Shown here: one piece after another, positions 18,118 through 27,403 of the stretch
Layout: every line of letters starts with the position of its first letter
Numbering within the stretch: position 1 is the first letter of the stretch
NCBI RefSeq assembly: GCF_043950625.1
Contig: NZ_CP171007.1
Reading direction: 5' to 3' (one strand)
Source of the DNA: Alkanindiges sp. WGS2144
Lineage (GTDB): Bacteria; Pseudomonadota; Gammaproteobacteria; Pseudomonadales; Moraxellaceae
Length of the DNA stretch: 32,000 bases
Position numbers and translations under genes: made by a program
Notes under the pieces: model-generated
Told to the model about the DNA's origin: nothing
The model's database searches: none
The model's input: the letters and a program-made list of their open reading frames with translations, nothing else

Positions 18118-18558
18118 TTATGACAGAGTACTCGTCTGTCCGGGCAGTGCCTGTTCAGCACGAACCTGCTCAAAACAGGCATATAAATAGCTTTTAATGT
18201 CTGCCAGCAAGCGCTCCGGGGAAATTAAAATACTTTTCCAGTCCGGGGTTAAAAATACCGAAGCAAGACACTGTTGCTCAATCATGAGTGGAATTAATTC
18301 TTCCACCAGTGTCTTGAGCGGCATTGCGGTGACTTCATGCCTGGTCCACATATTATTCCTGCATAATCTGGCATATTTGGCTTCCGGCCACATGGGCAAC
18401 GCCATTTTGCCATCTACTGTACCTGATACCGCCCAGCCATCCAGATATAAACCCCATACTTGACGCTCTGCCACGATCTTCTGGATAAAAAACTTGTAGC
18501 GTGCCCTGGCATCCATTTCCAGCACATCAGGCGCACGCGGCAATGCAGATTTTTGCAT
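18118..18558 (-). CDS. DUF2750-family protein (function unknown)
   Basis: A 146-aa ORF. The pattern ARYKFFIQKIVAERQVWGLYLDGWA...ALPMWPEAKYARLC...WTRHEVTAMPLKTLVEELIPLMIEQQCLASVF matches my recollection of the DUF2750 profile (RY.yF...v...evW.L..d.Gw......lP.WP...yA......W........i.L..f...l...L). It is divergently oriented to the helicase gene. Confidence 0.75.
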   Translation of the reverse strand: MQKSALPRAPDVLEMDARARYKFFIQKIVAERQVWGLYLDGWAVSGTVDGKMALPMWPEAKYARLCRNNMWTRHEVTAMPLKTLVEELIPLMIEQQCLASVFLTPDWKSILISPERLLADIKSYLYACFEQVRAEQALPGQTSTLS

Positions 18559-18840
18559 GGCTTATCTCTCGACAATTCATCATTTATTAAAATAGTTAAA
18601 AAAGTAAAACAATACCATGCGTCAATGTCAAGGTACACGTGCAATCGCTGGCTCATTCTCCTGAAAGTCCTATAGCCGCCTGTTTATAATTAACACTTCA
18701 TTTTTGCCTTAAACGCGGTTTTCGGGTAGCATTGAGCTCACTAAAACTTGCTGTATTTATCTCCTGATTTCAGGTTTTGTCCTGCTATTTTTTACTTTAT
18801 CTATATTGTTAACCCCTGCGCCTTAAACTCAAGGAATACT

Positions 18841-20376
18841 GTGTCCAATCAGCAGATGACAGAAAATCCAGCTTTTTTTGCCACCAAAGAGCAAAGCCTG
18901 GCAATTGACCATGCACGTCTGGGCGATTCCTTTAAAATTATGGCCTATGCGGGTACAGGTAAAACCACCACGCTAAAGCTGATTAGTGATGCCATGCCCC
19001 AGCGCAAGGGGTTGTATCTGGCTTTTAACAAAGGTATTGCCAATCAGGCGCAACAAAAATTTCACCGCGGGGTAGATTGCCGTACTTTTCACTCGCTGGC
19101 CTTTCGGCATGTAGAACGCGGCATTACCGACAAACTGCGCCTGCCACGCTTAAGCCCGACTATTCTGGCGCGTGAATATCAGCTTGAACCTGTTACTATC
19201 CGCCGGTTGCTCAGCGGTAGCTATGAAAACTATACCTTAACCGCTAGCCGACAGGCTAACCTGATTAGTAATGCGGTCAGCCAGTTTTGTGCCACCAATG
19301 CCCAACACCCTGCACCGCGCCATATCATGATGCCTGAATGGATGCACGAAGATGACGCCATTGCCCTGCAACAGCATTTATATCCTTTTGTAGAGCGACG
19401 CTGGCTGGAATCCATTGATCCGCGTCACCATGCCGGGATTGGCCATGACATTTATTTAAAAAAATGGGCGCTGTCCAGTCCGGTCATTCATAGCGACTAT
19501 ATTTTGTTTGATGAAGCGCAGGATGCTGATCCTTTAATGCTGGGCATTTTATTAAAGCAAAATGCCCAGGTCATTTATGTGGGTGACGCACATCAGCAGA
19601 TTTATGCCTGGCGCGGTGCAGTGAATGCCATGCAGCAACTGCCGCTGCCCTCTTCACGGCTCACCCAGTCATTTCGTTTTGGAGAAGCCATTGCCGCCAC
19701 GGCCAATGTATTTTTACAGGAACTGGGTGAAAATATTCCGCTGCACGGCCGTGACGACTTAAAATCTGTGGTGGATACACAGCCTTTTCCTAAAAAACGT
19801 GATGCGATTTTGTGCCGTACCAACGCCCGTGCCATGGAATTATTACTGTCCGGGCTGGTACAGGGTAATAAAGTCGCACTACAGGCCGATCATTTGCGAC
19901 TGGCCCGTTTTGTGGACGCTGCCAATGCCTTAAAACAGGGCCGCCGGGTGTTTGATGTGCCGGAACTATCGTGGTTTAGCTCGTGGCATGAAGTGCATGA
20001 ATACTGTGAAACGAATGAAGGCAGCGATCTAAAATCTCTGGTCAAACTGGTTGATGAACACGGCACCGAACCCTTAAAGCGTGCGCTGGCAAAAATCACT
20101 CCACTTGAGAGCGCCGATTATGTGATTTCCACGGCACACAAGGCTAAAGGGCTGGAATGGCATCATGTGCAAATAGAAGATGACTATAATTTTAAAATCC
20201 AGAAAGATGAGGCAAAAATTAGTGTAGAAGAGTTGCGCCTGCTGTATGTGGCCTGTACCCGTGCGAAAAGCAGCTTAAACGTGCATCATTTAATGCTGCT
20301 ACTCAACAGCTTACGAAAAGAACAGGCGAAAGAGGATAAAAGTAAACCCAGTGATAAGAAGATTGTGGCGTTTTGA
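18841..20376 (+). CDS. Compact superfamily-1 (UvrD/Rep-like) DNA helicase, DEAQD subtype
   Basis: Start moved from ORF-track TTG 18748 to GTG 18841 (AGGA 5 nt upstream); ATG 18856 is an alternative. SF1 motifs appear in order: KEQSLAI (Q-like), AYAGTGKTT (I), LAFNKGIANQA (Ia), CRTFHSLAF (Ib), ILFDEAQDADP (II), VIYVGDAHQQIYAWRGA (III), LTQSFRFG (IV), ISTAHKAKGLEW (V) and LLYVACTRAK (VI). At only ~510 aa, the large 1B/2B accessory domains of UvrD/Rep are reduced. Confidence 0.88.
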   Translation: MSNQQMTENPAFFATKEQSLAIDHARLGDSFKIMAYAGTGKTTTLKLISDAMPQRKGLYLAFNKGIANQAQQKFHRGVDCRTFHSLAFRHVERGITDKLRLPRLSPTILAREYQLEPVTIRRLLSGSYENYTLTASRQANLISNAVSQFCATNAQHPAPRHIMMPEWMHEDDAIALQQHLYPFVERRWLESIDPRHHAGIGHDIYLKKWALSSPVIHSDYILFDEAQDADPLMLGILLKQNAQVIYVGDAHQQIYAWRGAVNAMQQLPLPSSRLTQSFRFGEAIAATANVFLQELGENIPLHGRDDLKSVVDTQPFPKKRDAILCRTNARAMELLLSGLVQGNKVALQADHLRLARFVDAANALKQGRRVFDVPELSWFSSWHEVHEYCETNEGSDLKSLVKLVDEHGTEPLKRALAKITPLESADYVISTAHKAKGLEWHHVQIEDDYNFKIQKDEAKISVEELRLLYVACTRAKSSLNVHHLMLLLNSLRKEQAKEDKSKPSDKKIVAF

Positions 20377-20493
20377 CCTGTAGAATGACCTCAAAAAATA
20401 ATAAGTCTTATCAGCACTCGCCAACCGCCCAAAAATCCGCTATAAAGCGTTTTCTTTTGTTCCCAACACCTTCTATGACACCCTGAGTTGCTT

Positions 20494-21426
20494 ATGAAAC
20501 TGATCCTTGCGCCAATGGAAGGCTTAACTGATCCGTTGATGCGGGATTTACTCACCAGAGTGGGTAATTATGACTGGTGCGTGACCGAATTTATTCGCAT
20601 CACCGATAGCCTGCTGCCTGAACATGTGTTTTACAGTTTTTGCCCAGAACTAAAAAATGCTGGCAAGACAGCTAGCGGCACACCAGTGCATATACAGTTT
20701 TTGGGTAATGATGCCAACCGGCTGGCACAAAATGCAGTGCGTGCAGTAGAACTGGGCGCACCTGCAATTGATTTAAACTTTGGTTGTCCGGCCAAAACCG
20801 TCAACCGTCACCGTGGGGGCGCAGTGCTGCTGGATGAACCAGAGGTGATTTATAGTCTGGTCAGGGCAGTGCGCGATGCTGTGCCAAAGGATATTCCAGT
20901 ATCTGCCAAAATGCGCCTGGGCTATCTGGATGACAGTCACACACTGGACAATGCACACGCAATTGCCAATGCCGGGGCAAGCTGGCTGACCGTACATGCC
21001 CGCACCAAGTCTGATGGCTATAAACCACCGGCTTACTGGGAAAAGCTACCTGCTATTGGGCAAGCCATTAATATCCCTGTGATTGCCAATGGTGAAATCT
21101 GGACACTGGATCATGCAAAACGCTGCCTGGAAGTGTCAAACTGTGCAGATTTAATGCTGGGACGTGGTGCAGTAACCCGGCCTGACCTGGTCAACCGGGT
21201 ACGCCAGATGGATGATCAATCCCAGTTAAGCTGGCCGGATCTGGTACAACTACAGCTGGAATTCTTACACGCTACCAGTAAAACCGAACAAGGTTTAATC
21301 GGTCGTTACAAGCAGTGGCTGGGCATGCTCACCCAAGGTTATAGTGAAGCTGAGCAGCTATGGCAGCAAGTTAAAAAAATTAAGGATATGGATATTCTGC
21401 GTGCTGCACTGGTACAACAGCTTTAA
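20494..21426 (+). CDS. dusC: tRNA-dihydrouridine(16) synthase DusC
   Basis: Collinear with E. coli DusC: MKLILAPMEGLTDPLMRDLLT..YDWCVTEFIRI, LNFGCPAKTVN (catalytic Cys), VSAKMRLG, VHARTK, IPVIANGEIW and LGRGA. Start taken at ATG 20494 instead of the ORF-track TTG 20488. Confidence 0.9.
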   Translation: MKLILAPMEGLTDPLMRDLLTRVGNYDWCVTEFIRITDSLLPEHVFYSFCPELKNAGKTASGTPVHIQFLGNDANRLAQNAVRAVELGAPAIDLNFGCPAKTVNRHRGGAVLLDEPEVIYSLVRAVRDAVPKDIPVSAKMRLGYLDDSHTLDNAHAIANAGASWLTVHARTKSDGYKPPAYWEKLPAIGQAINIPVIANGEIWTLDHAKRCLEVSNCADLMLGRGAVTRPDLVNRVRQMDDQSQLSWPDLVQLQLEFLHATSKTEQGLIGRYKQWLGMLTQGYSEAEQLWQQVKKIKDMDILRAALVQQL

Positions 21427-21543
21427 GTACAACACCGCACACTTGAATTTTTTTGTCTGGGCTATGTAACGCTTAAGTGTGCATTAATTTTTATTTAGTA
21501 TAGTTGATTTTTAATTTTTCTGATCTTATAGGCATACGAGTTA

Positions 21544-21584
21544 TTTGCCCATGTTTTCTGCTTGGGTTTTTGCCCAGGTTTTGT
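21544..21584 (+). repeat. 17-bp imperfect direct repeat pair in the mrp leader
   Basis: TTTGCCCATGTTTTCTG (21544..21560) and TTTGCCCAGGTTTTGTG (21568..21584) match at 15 of 17 positions, offset by 24 bp. A third TTGCCC lies at 21598..21603. Confidence 0.6.
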
Positions 21585-21752
21585 GGGGTATGACTTATTG
21601 CCCTGCGGTGCATCACGCAATCGGGTTGAGGGTTGGTCATTGTTCCAGACGTTCATCTGGAAAATTCTGGCGATTTTACAATAACGTTGCGATGCATTTT
21701 TATGCTGAGTATTAAACGGGGTTGTGATATTAGATGAATACCAGTCGGCTAG

Positions 21753-24620
21753 ATGTTGCCAGCCATTTACGTGATGGAAATTAATGTGCTGCTATTAATT
21801 GTCCTGTTGCCACTTATTATTGGAACCAGCTTAAGCTGGTGGGTGGAGCGTTATTCACGATTATATAGCTGTCTGATTGCAACCGGAATCAGCTTGAGCT
21901 GCTTTGCCGCCTTACTATTAACCAGCAGTTTAAACAGCCTAGGCCAGCCTTTACTCCAGCAATGGCAGTGGTTACCTGAAATCGGCCTGAACCTGAGTTT
22001 TCGGCTTGATGGCCTGGCTTTAATATTTGGCATGCTCATTAGCGGCATTGGCACGCTGATCTGTATTTATGCCTGGTATTATCTGAGCCCAAAAAATTCC
22101 CTGGGTAAATTATACAGCCTGCTGATGCTATTTATGGCTGCCATGCTGGGTCTTGTCTTATCCAACAACTTACTATTATTGGTTGTCTTTTGGGAGCTTA
22201 CCAGTATTTCTTCGTTTTTGCTGGTAGGCTACTGGCAGAACAAAAAAGATGCACAGCAAGGCGCACTCATGGCGCTAACTATTACTGGGATGGGTGGCCT
22301 GGCACTCTTGGGTGGCGTGGTATTGCTGGGCTATACAGCAGGCAGCTATGAGCTGGATGTGCTGCTTGGAATGCGCGATCAAGTTCAGTCCAGTCCATAT
22401 TTTAATCTGGCGCTGGCTTTAATCCTGCTAGGTGCCTTTAGTAAAAGTGCCCAGTTCCCGTTTCATTTCTGGCTGCCTAACGCCATGGCTGCCCCTACCC
22501 CTGTTTCTGCTTATCTGCACTCGGCCACCATGGTCAAGGCAGGGATTTTTTTAATTGCCCGCCTGTTTCCGCTATTGGCAGGATCAATCTGGTTTCATGG
22601 CGTGGTCACCGCTGTCGGGTTACTGACCCTATGCTTTGCCGCTTTCATTGCCATTTTTAAGCATGATTTAAAAGGTCTGCTGGCCTATTCAACCAGTAGT
22701 CATTTAGGCCTGATCATGTGCCTATTAGGCATTGGGACACCGCTGGCAGTCGCTGCTGCTATTTTCCATGTGTTAAACCATGCCTCTTTTAAGGCAGCAT
22801 TATTTATGATTGCCGGCATGATTGATCATGAAGCCGGCACCCGGGATTTACGTCAATTAGGTGGCCTGTGGTCACTGCTACCATGGACAGCCACTTTGGC
22901 CATGATTGCTGCTGCTGCCATGGGCGGCGTGCCTTTAACCAACGGCTTTTTGTCCAAGGAGATGTTTTTAACCGAAGTATTGGCCTTAAGCGGTAGTACC
23001 TGGTTGCTCCTGGTACCTATACTCGCCACACTGGCAGGTGCTTTTGCCCTCACCTATTCGATCCGGCTGGTGCACAATACTTTTTTTGGTGGTTTTAATC
23101 CGCACATTTCCCATAAAAACATTCACGAACCACCACCAGGTATGCGCTTACCAGTCATATTACTGTGCAGCATTTGCCTGCTGGTGGGTATTGCCCCGGC
23201 GTTGTTTGCGCAGGCTATTGTACAGATAGGCACCAATGCGGTACTGGGATACGTGCCTGCCACTCCGGTTCATCTGGCATTGTGGCATGGCATTAACCTG
23301 CCGCTGACCATGAGCATCATTGCTCTAACAGGTGGCGCGCTGCTGTATGTTTACCTGATCAAAGACCAGAAAATTTTGCATATTCATAGTGAGCGCTGGT
23401 TTGGTGTCTATACTGGCGGCCAGATATTTACTATTTTATTGCAGCGTAGTATTGCCGGGGCACGCACCTTCATTGCCAATACAGAAAATGGTTCCTTGCA
23501 GCGTTACCTGGTATGGATCATTGCCACCACACTCGTCGTTGCCACTGTCCCATTATGGGGAGAAAACCTGAGTACTGGTAGTCGCCTACTTAACCATGCC
23601 TCATGGATTGCCATTATTTTATGGGTTCTGCTGCTGATTAGTTGTTTTATGCTGCTGTATTTCCATCATGAACGGATCAAGGCAGTGCTACTGGTAGGTG
23701 CTGTTGGCCTGGTGGCGGCAATGGTCTTTATTGGTATGTCTGCACCTGACCTGGCGCTCACCCAGATTTCAGTGGACGTGGTCAGCACCGTGTTGTTACT
23801 CATGAGCCTGTCTTTGCTGCCGCAGTTATCACCTTATGAATCCAGCCCTAGCCGGCACTGGCGTGATGTGGTCATTGCACTTGCCAGTGGTGGTGCAATT
23901 GCCTGGATTGCCTGGCTAATTTTAACCCGTGACCATCAATCCATTGCCTGGTTCTTTGTGCAGGAAGCCTTGCCTGCTGGTGGCGGCACCAACGTAGTCA
24001 ATGTGATTCTGGTCGACTTTCGTGGCTTTGATACCTTTGGTGAAATTTGCGTGCTGGCGATTGCAGCAGTCGGCGCACTGGTGATGATGGATGGCATGCG
24101 TGCCCATGGTGCCATTGCTACACCCGGCTTGACCCTGCGCTTTAACCCATCTCCCCTGATGCTGCGCATGACGGCCTCCTGGGTATTGCCCATTGCCCTG
24201 CTATACAGCCTGTATATTTTAATGCGTGGGCATAATTTGCCAGGTGGTGGCTTTATTGCCGGGCTCATTACCGCCATTGCATTGATTATTCAATATATTG
24301 CCATTGGACAGGAGCATGCTGAACAGTTGATTCATGCCAAGCGCGGTCGTCTGTATGAGTACTGGATTGGAGGCGGGCTTAGCCTGGCTGGCCTGACCGG
24401 ACTTGGTTCGCTGTTCTGGCAGCGTCCATTTTTAACCAGTGCGCATATTGAACTGGCGGTGCCAGTTGTTGGTACAGTACCACTGGCTTCCGCCATGCTG
24501 TTTGATATTGGTGTATTTTTAACAGTGGCAGGTTCTACATTATTGCTAATTTCAGTGCTGGGTGATTCACGCCACTCCACCCTGTCAGGACCAGTTGTAC
24601 CACCTGGCAAAATACCATGA
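21753..24620 (+). CDS. mrpA: Na+/H+ (monovalent cation/proton) antiporter subunit MrpA/MrpB fusion (group-2 Mrp, PhaAB-like)
   Basis: A 955-aa polytopic protein. The NuoL/ND5-like core includes FWELTSISSFLLVGYW, KSAQFPFHFWLPNAMAAPTPVSAYLHSATMVKAG and GLLAYSTSSHLG. The C-terminal ~150 aa are MrpB-like (NVVNVILVDFRGFDTFGE). Neither candidate start has a clear SD: ATG 21753 is given, and ATG 21774 (MEINVLLLIVLLPL) is an equally plausible alternative. Confidence 0.9.
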   Translation: MLPAIYVMEINVLLLIVLLPLIIGTSLSWWVERYSRLYSCLIATGISLSCFAALLLTSSLNSLGQPLLQQWQWLPEIGLNLSFRLDGLALIFGMLISGIGTLICIYAWYYLSPKNSLGKLYSLLMLFMAAMLGLVLSNNLLLLVVFWELTSISSFLLVGYWQNKKDAQQGALMALTITGMGGLALLGGVVLLGYTAGSYELDVLLGMRDQVQSSPYFNLALALILLGAFSKSAQFPFHFWLPNAMAAPTPVSAYLHSATMVKAGIFLIARLFPLLAGSIWFHGVVTAVGLLTLCFAAFIAIFKHDLKGLLAYSTSSHLGLIMCLLGIGTPLAVAAAIFHVLNHASFKAALFMIAGMIDHEAGTRDLRQLGGLWSLLPWTATLAMIAAAAMGGVPLTNGFLSKEMFLTEVLALSGSTWLLLVPILATLAGAFALTYSIRLVHNTFFGGFNPHISHKNIHEPPPGMRLPVILLCSICLLVGIAPALFAQAIVQIGTNAVLGYVPATPVHLALWHGINLPLTMSIIALTGGALLYVYLIKDQKILHIHSERWFGVYTGGQIFTILLQRSIAGARTFIANTENGSLQRYLVWIIATTLVVATVPLWGENLSTGSRLLNHASWIAIILWVLLLISCFMLLYFHHERIKAVLLVGAVGLVAAMVFIGMSAPDLALTQISVDVVSTVLLLMSLSLLPQLSPYESSPSRHWRDVVIALASGGAIAWIAWLILTRDHQSIAWFFVQEALPAGGGTNVVNVILVDFRGFDTFGEICVLAIAAVGALVMMDGMRAHGAIATPGLTLRFNPSPLMLRMTASWVLPIALLYSLYILMRGHNLPGGGFIAGLITAIALIIQYIAIGQEHAEQLIHAKRGRLYEYWIGGGLSLAGLTGLGSLFWQRPFLTSAHIELAVPVVGTVPLASAMLFDIGVFLTVAGSTLLLISVLGDSRHSTLSGPVVPPGKIP

Positions 24621-24665
24621 GGCAAATTCAAGTAATGCAGACAACAACACGGGGCGAGGTGAAGC

Positions 24666-25043
24666 ATGATTAGCCTGGAGTTTCTGGTAGCAAGCGGTAT
24701 TGGTGTGGTCACTGCCTCAGGTGTTTATTTGTTGCTCAGGGGGCGTACCTTTCCCGTCGTGCTGGGCCTGTCCCTGCTGGGTTATGCTGTGAACGTGTTT
24801 ATTTTTGCCATGGGCCGGCTTTTGGAAAATGCACCCCCTATCCTGATCAATACTTCCCGAACCACCGATCCCTTACCGCAGGCACTGGTACTGACTGCTA
24901 TTGTCATTGGCTTTGCCACTACTGCCTTTGTGATCCAGCTGGCCTTACGCAGTCGTTATGAGAGCGGCAGTGATCACGTGGATGCAGCGCTTCCTGAGCA
25001 ATCGCCACATGATATTAAGAACAAATTGAGGGATTCAGCTTAA
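24666..25043 (+). CDS. mrpC: Na+/H+ antiporter subunit MrpC (NuoK-like)
   Basis: A 125-aa protein with three hydrophobic helices (GVYLLLRGRTFPVVLGLSLLGYAVNVFIF...DPLPQALVLTAIVIGFATTAF). SD GAGGTGA lies 3 nt before the ATG. Its position in the operon fits. Confidence 0.88.
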   Translation: MISLEFLVASGIGVVTASGVYLLLRGRTFPVVLGLSLLGYAVNVFIFAMGRLLENAPPILINTSRTTDPLPQALVLTAIVIGFATTAFVIQLALRSRYESGSDHVDAALPEQSPHDIKNKLRDSA

Positions 25044-26858
25044 ATGTGGCATAGTTTATTGCAATTCTGGCATTTTCATACGCCTGTTTTTTCTATTTTA
25101 GTGCCAGCCTTTACGGCATTTAGCTTAATACTGGTTGGCTACCCTAGCCTTGACTCCAATAAACACAAGCGCCGTTTACACACCAGCCGCCTGCTTGGCC
25201 TGGCTGCAACGTTCATCGGCTTATTATTGTCTCTTGACCTGTTCCTACAAGCCAGTAACGGAACCATAAAGAGCTACTATCTGGGTGAGTGGGCAGCACC
25301 TTTTGGCATTGTACTGGTACTGGATCGTCTATCCGCACTGATGCTACTGCTCACCTATATACTGGCATTACCGGTACTATGGTATGCCATTGGGGGCTGG
25401 GATCAAAAAGGTCGTTTTTTTCACGCCATGTTCCAGTTTCAGCTGATGGGCCTGTGCGGTGCCTTTTTAACTGGCGACCTGTTTAACCTATTTGTGTTTT
25501 TTGAAATTCTGCTCATTGCCTCATACGTGTTATTGCTGCACGGACAGGGGCGTGTCCGCTTCCGCATGGGTGTGCACTATGTGGTCATTAACCTGCTGGC
25601 TTCCGCCCTGTTCCTCATTGGTCTGGCGATCATGTATGGCAACGTAGGCAGCCTGAATATGGTAGACGTTGCCCGTTTACTCCCTGAGCTACCACCCGAC
25701 CAGTTTGCCATGGCACAAACTGCGGGCATGATTTTGCTGGTAGTATTTGGCGTCAAGGCGGCCATATTGCCCTTATCGTTTTGGCTGCCCAGTACTTATG
25801 CAGCCGCAGTACCGCCAGTTGCGGCATTATTTGCCATCATGACCAAAGTAGGGGTTTATAGCATCCTGCGGGTGAACGGCACTATTTTTGCGACTGCGTC
25901 CACGCAAACAACCATTCAGTTCACCAGCTGGCTACTGCCCATTGCGCTGCTCTCCAGCCTATTCGGGGCGATTGGTGCGCTGGCTGCCCATAATCTGCGC
26001 CGGTTAGCTGGCTATATGCTACTCTCCTCAGTCGGTACGCTGCTTATTGGTATTGCCCTGTTTAATACGCAAGCCTGGTCTGCCGCCCTGTATTATCTGG
26101 TACATAGTACCCTGATTATTGCAGCATTTTATATGCTGGCGGAATGGATCAGCAACCAGCGCAATGCCACAGAAGATACCCTGCAACCCACCTTTGCCGT
26201 ACAGCAACCCGTGCTGCTGTCCATTTTGGCGCTACTGGTCATGATGATGATTGTTGGCCTGCCGCCGTTTAGCGGATTCCTGGGCAAAGTTATGCTACTA
26301 CAAAGCGCTACCGGGCTGGTGGGCAGTGAATGGATTATTATCACGATTCTGCTGGTAAGCTTTATTAGCCTGGTCGCATTAACCCGGGCAGGCATCGTAC
26401 TATTCTGGCAAACCGAACCACCCAATGCAGTCGTTCAGGCGCAGTATTCCAATGCTGAACGCATTATGCCTTACCATTTACCTACTGCGTTTTTCTGCGT
26501 ACTGGGCTGCCTTGTTCTACTGGTGATTTTTGCCTCGCCCGTTAAACAGTATATGAATGCCACCGCTGCCCAGCTTAAGGAGCAAAGTACCTATCAACAT
26601 GCCGTACTGCAATATGATGATAACCATCAAGCCATCAGTGAGCGCCTGTTTGATCCAGCCTATCTTCCTTATAGCAAAAACATGCAAGGGAATGCCATCA
26701 CCGATAATACAGACGCAGCCAACCACCATATACAAGAAGATGAACAACTGCTAGAACATGCCGAACAGGTTGAAAACCCCAGTCACTCAGCAGTTCAGGC
26801 TCCCCAGCTTCCCCGGGAAGTGACCTCTTCCCTTGAACCAGCAAGAGAAAAGAAATGA
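25044..26858 (+). CDS. mrpD: Na+/H+ antiporter subunit MrpD (NuoM/N-like) with a hydrophilic C-terminal tail
   Basis: A 604-aa ORF whose ATG directly abuts the mrpC stop. The ND2/4-type core includes LFNLFVFFEILLIASYVLL, KAAILPLSFWLPSTYAAAVPPVAALFAIMTKVGVY and LRRLAGYMLLSSVG. The last ~80 aa are non-membrane and acidic/polar. Confidence 0.9.
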   Translation: MWHSLLQFWHFHTPVFSILVPAFTAFSLILVGYPSLDSNKHKRRLHTSRLLGLAATFIGLLLSLDLFLQASNGTIKSYYLGEWAAPFGIVLVLDRLSALMLLLTYILALPVLWYAIGGWDQKGRFFHAMFQFQLMGLCGAFLTGDLFNLFVFFEILLIASYVLLLHGQGRVRFRMGVHYVVINLLASALFLIGLAIMYGNVGSLNMVDVARLLPELPPDQFAMAQTAGMILLVVFGVKAAILPLSFWLPSTYAAAVPPVAALFAIMTKVGVYSILRVNGTIFATASTQTTIQFTSWLLPIALLSSLFGAIGALAAHNLRRLAGYMLLSSVGTLLIGIALFNTQAWSAALYYLVHSTLIIAAFYMLAEWISNQRNATEDTLQPTFAVQQPVLLSILALLVMMMIVGLPPFSGFLGKVMLLQSATGLVGSEWIIITILLVSFISLVALTRAGIVLFWQTEPPNAVVQAQYSNAERIMPYHLPTAFFCVLGCLVLLVIFASPVKQYMNATAAQLKEQSTYQHAVLQYDDNHQAISERLFDPAYLPYSKNMQGNAITDNTDAANHHIQEDEQLLEHAEQVENPSHSAVQAPQLPREVTSSLEPAREKK

Positions 26859-27403
26859 AACCACCACGCTCCAGCCATAACCCACTGCGCTTCTGGTGGC
26901 TGCGCTTATTTCCGCATCCTTTTTTATCCTTGATCCTGGCAGCCAGCTGGTTAATGCTGATGCACCAGATCAATGTGGCTCATGTGATGATTGCCATAGG
27001 AGTCGCCATTATTATTCCAAAAATGACCCAGTTTTTTATTCATCCTGCTGAACCTGTGCACTGGTCCACTGCAGTAAAACTTTTTTTTATCGTGCTCTGG
27101 GATATTATTGTTTCCAATCTGCGCGTGGCCAAACAGGTATTGGGTCCTTTGGAAAACCTGCATCCCAAATGGCTGCGTGTCCCGCTGGATACCACTCATC
27201 CCAAAGTCAATACCCTGCTGGCCCTCATTATTACCACCACGCCCGGCACCGTATCTGCAGGGCTGGATGACAACCAGAATACTATCCTGGTACATGCCTT
27301 GAGTGCCGATAGTATTGACGACGTGATTGAGGAAATTAAAACCCGTTACGAAAAGCCCCTGATTAAAATATTCTCAGCCGACCTTATTGAGAAAACACCA
27401 TGA
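26855..27403 (+). CDS. mrpE: Na+/H+ antiporter subunit MrpE
   Basis: A 182-aa ORF with ATGA overlap to mrpD. It has an MnhE-like layout (two N-terminal helices, then ...VAKQVLGP...LRVPLDT...TLLALIITTTPGTVS...LVHAL) and the expected operon position. Confidence 0.85.
   Translation: MKPPRSSHNPLRFWWLRLFPHPFLSLILAASWLMLMHQINVAHVMIAIGVAIIIPKMTQFFIHPAEPVHWSTAVKLFFIVLWDIIVSNLRVAKQVLGPLENLHPKWLRVPLDTTHPKVNTLLALIITTTPGTVSAGLDDNQNTILVHALSADSIDDVIEEIKTRYEKPLIKIFSADLIEKTP

Noticed and set aside
23180-23187. E. coli Chi octamer GCTGGTGG, seen on the plus strand at 23180 and 26315. Its complement CCACCAGC occurs at 4760 and near 1764.
   Set aside because: Chi sequences are species-specific, and an 8-mer is expected about once per 32 kb on two strands by chance. 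I did not count exhaustively, and there is no basis for claiming enrichment or orientation bias.
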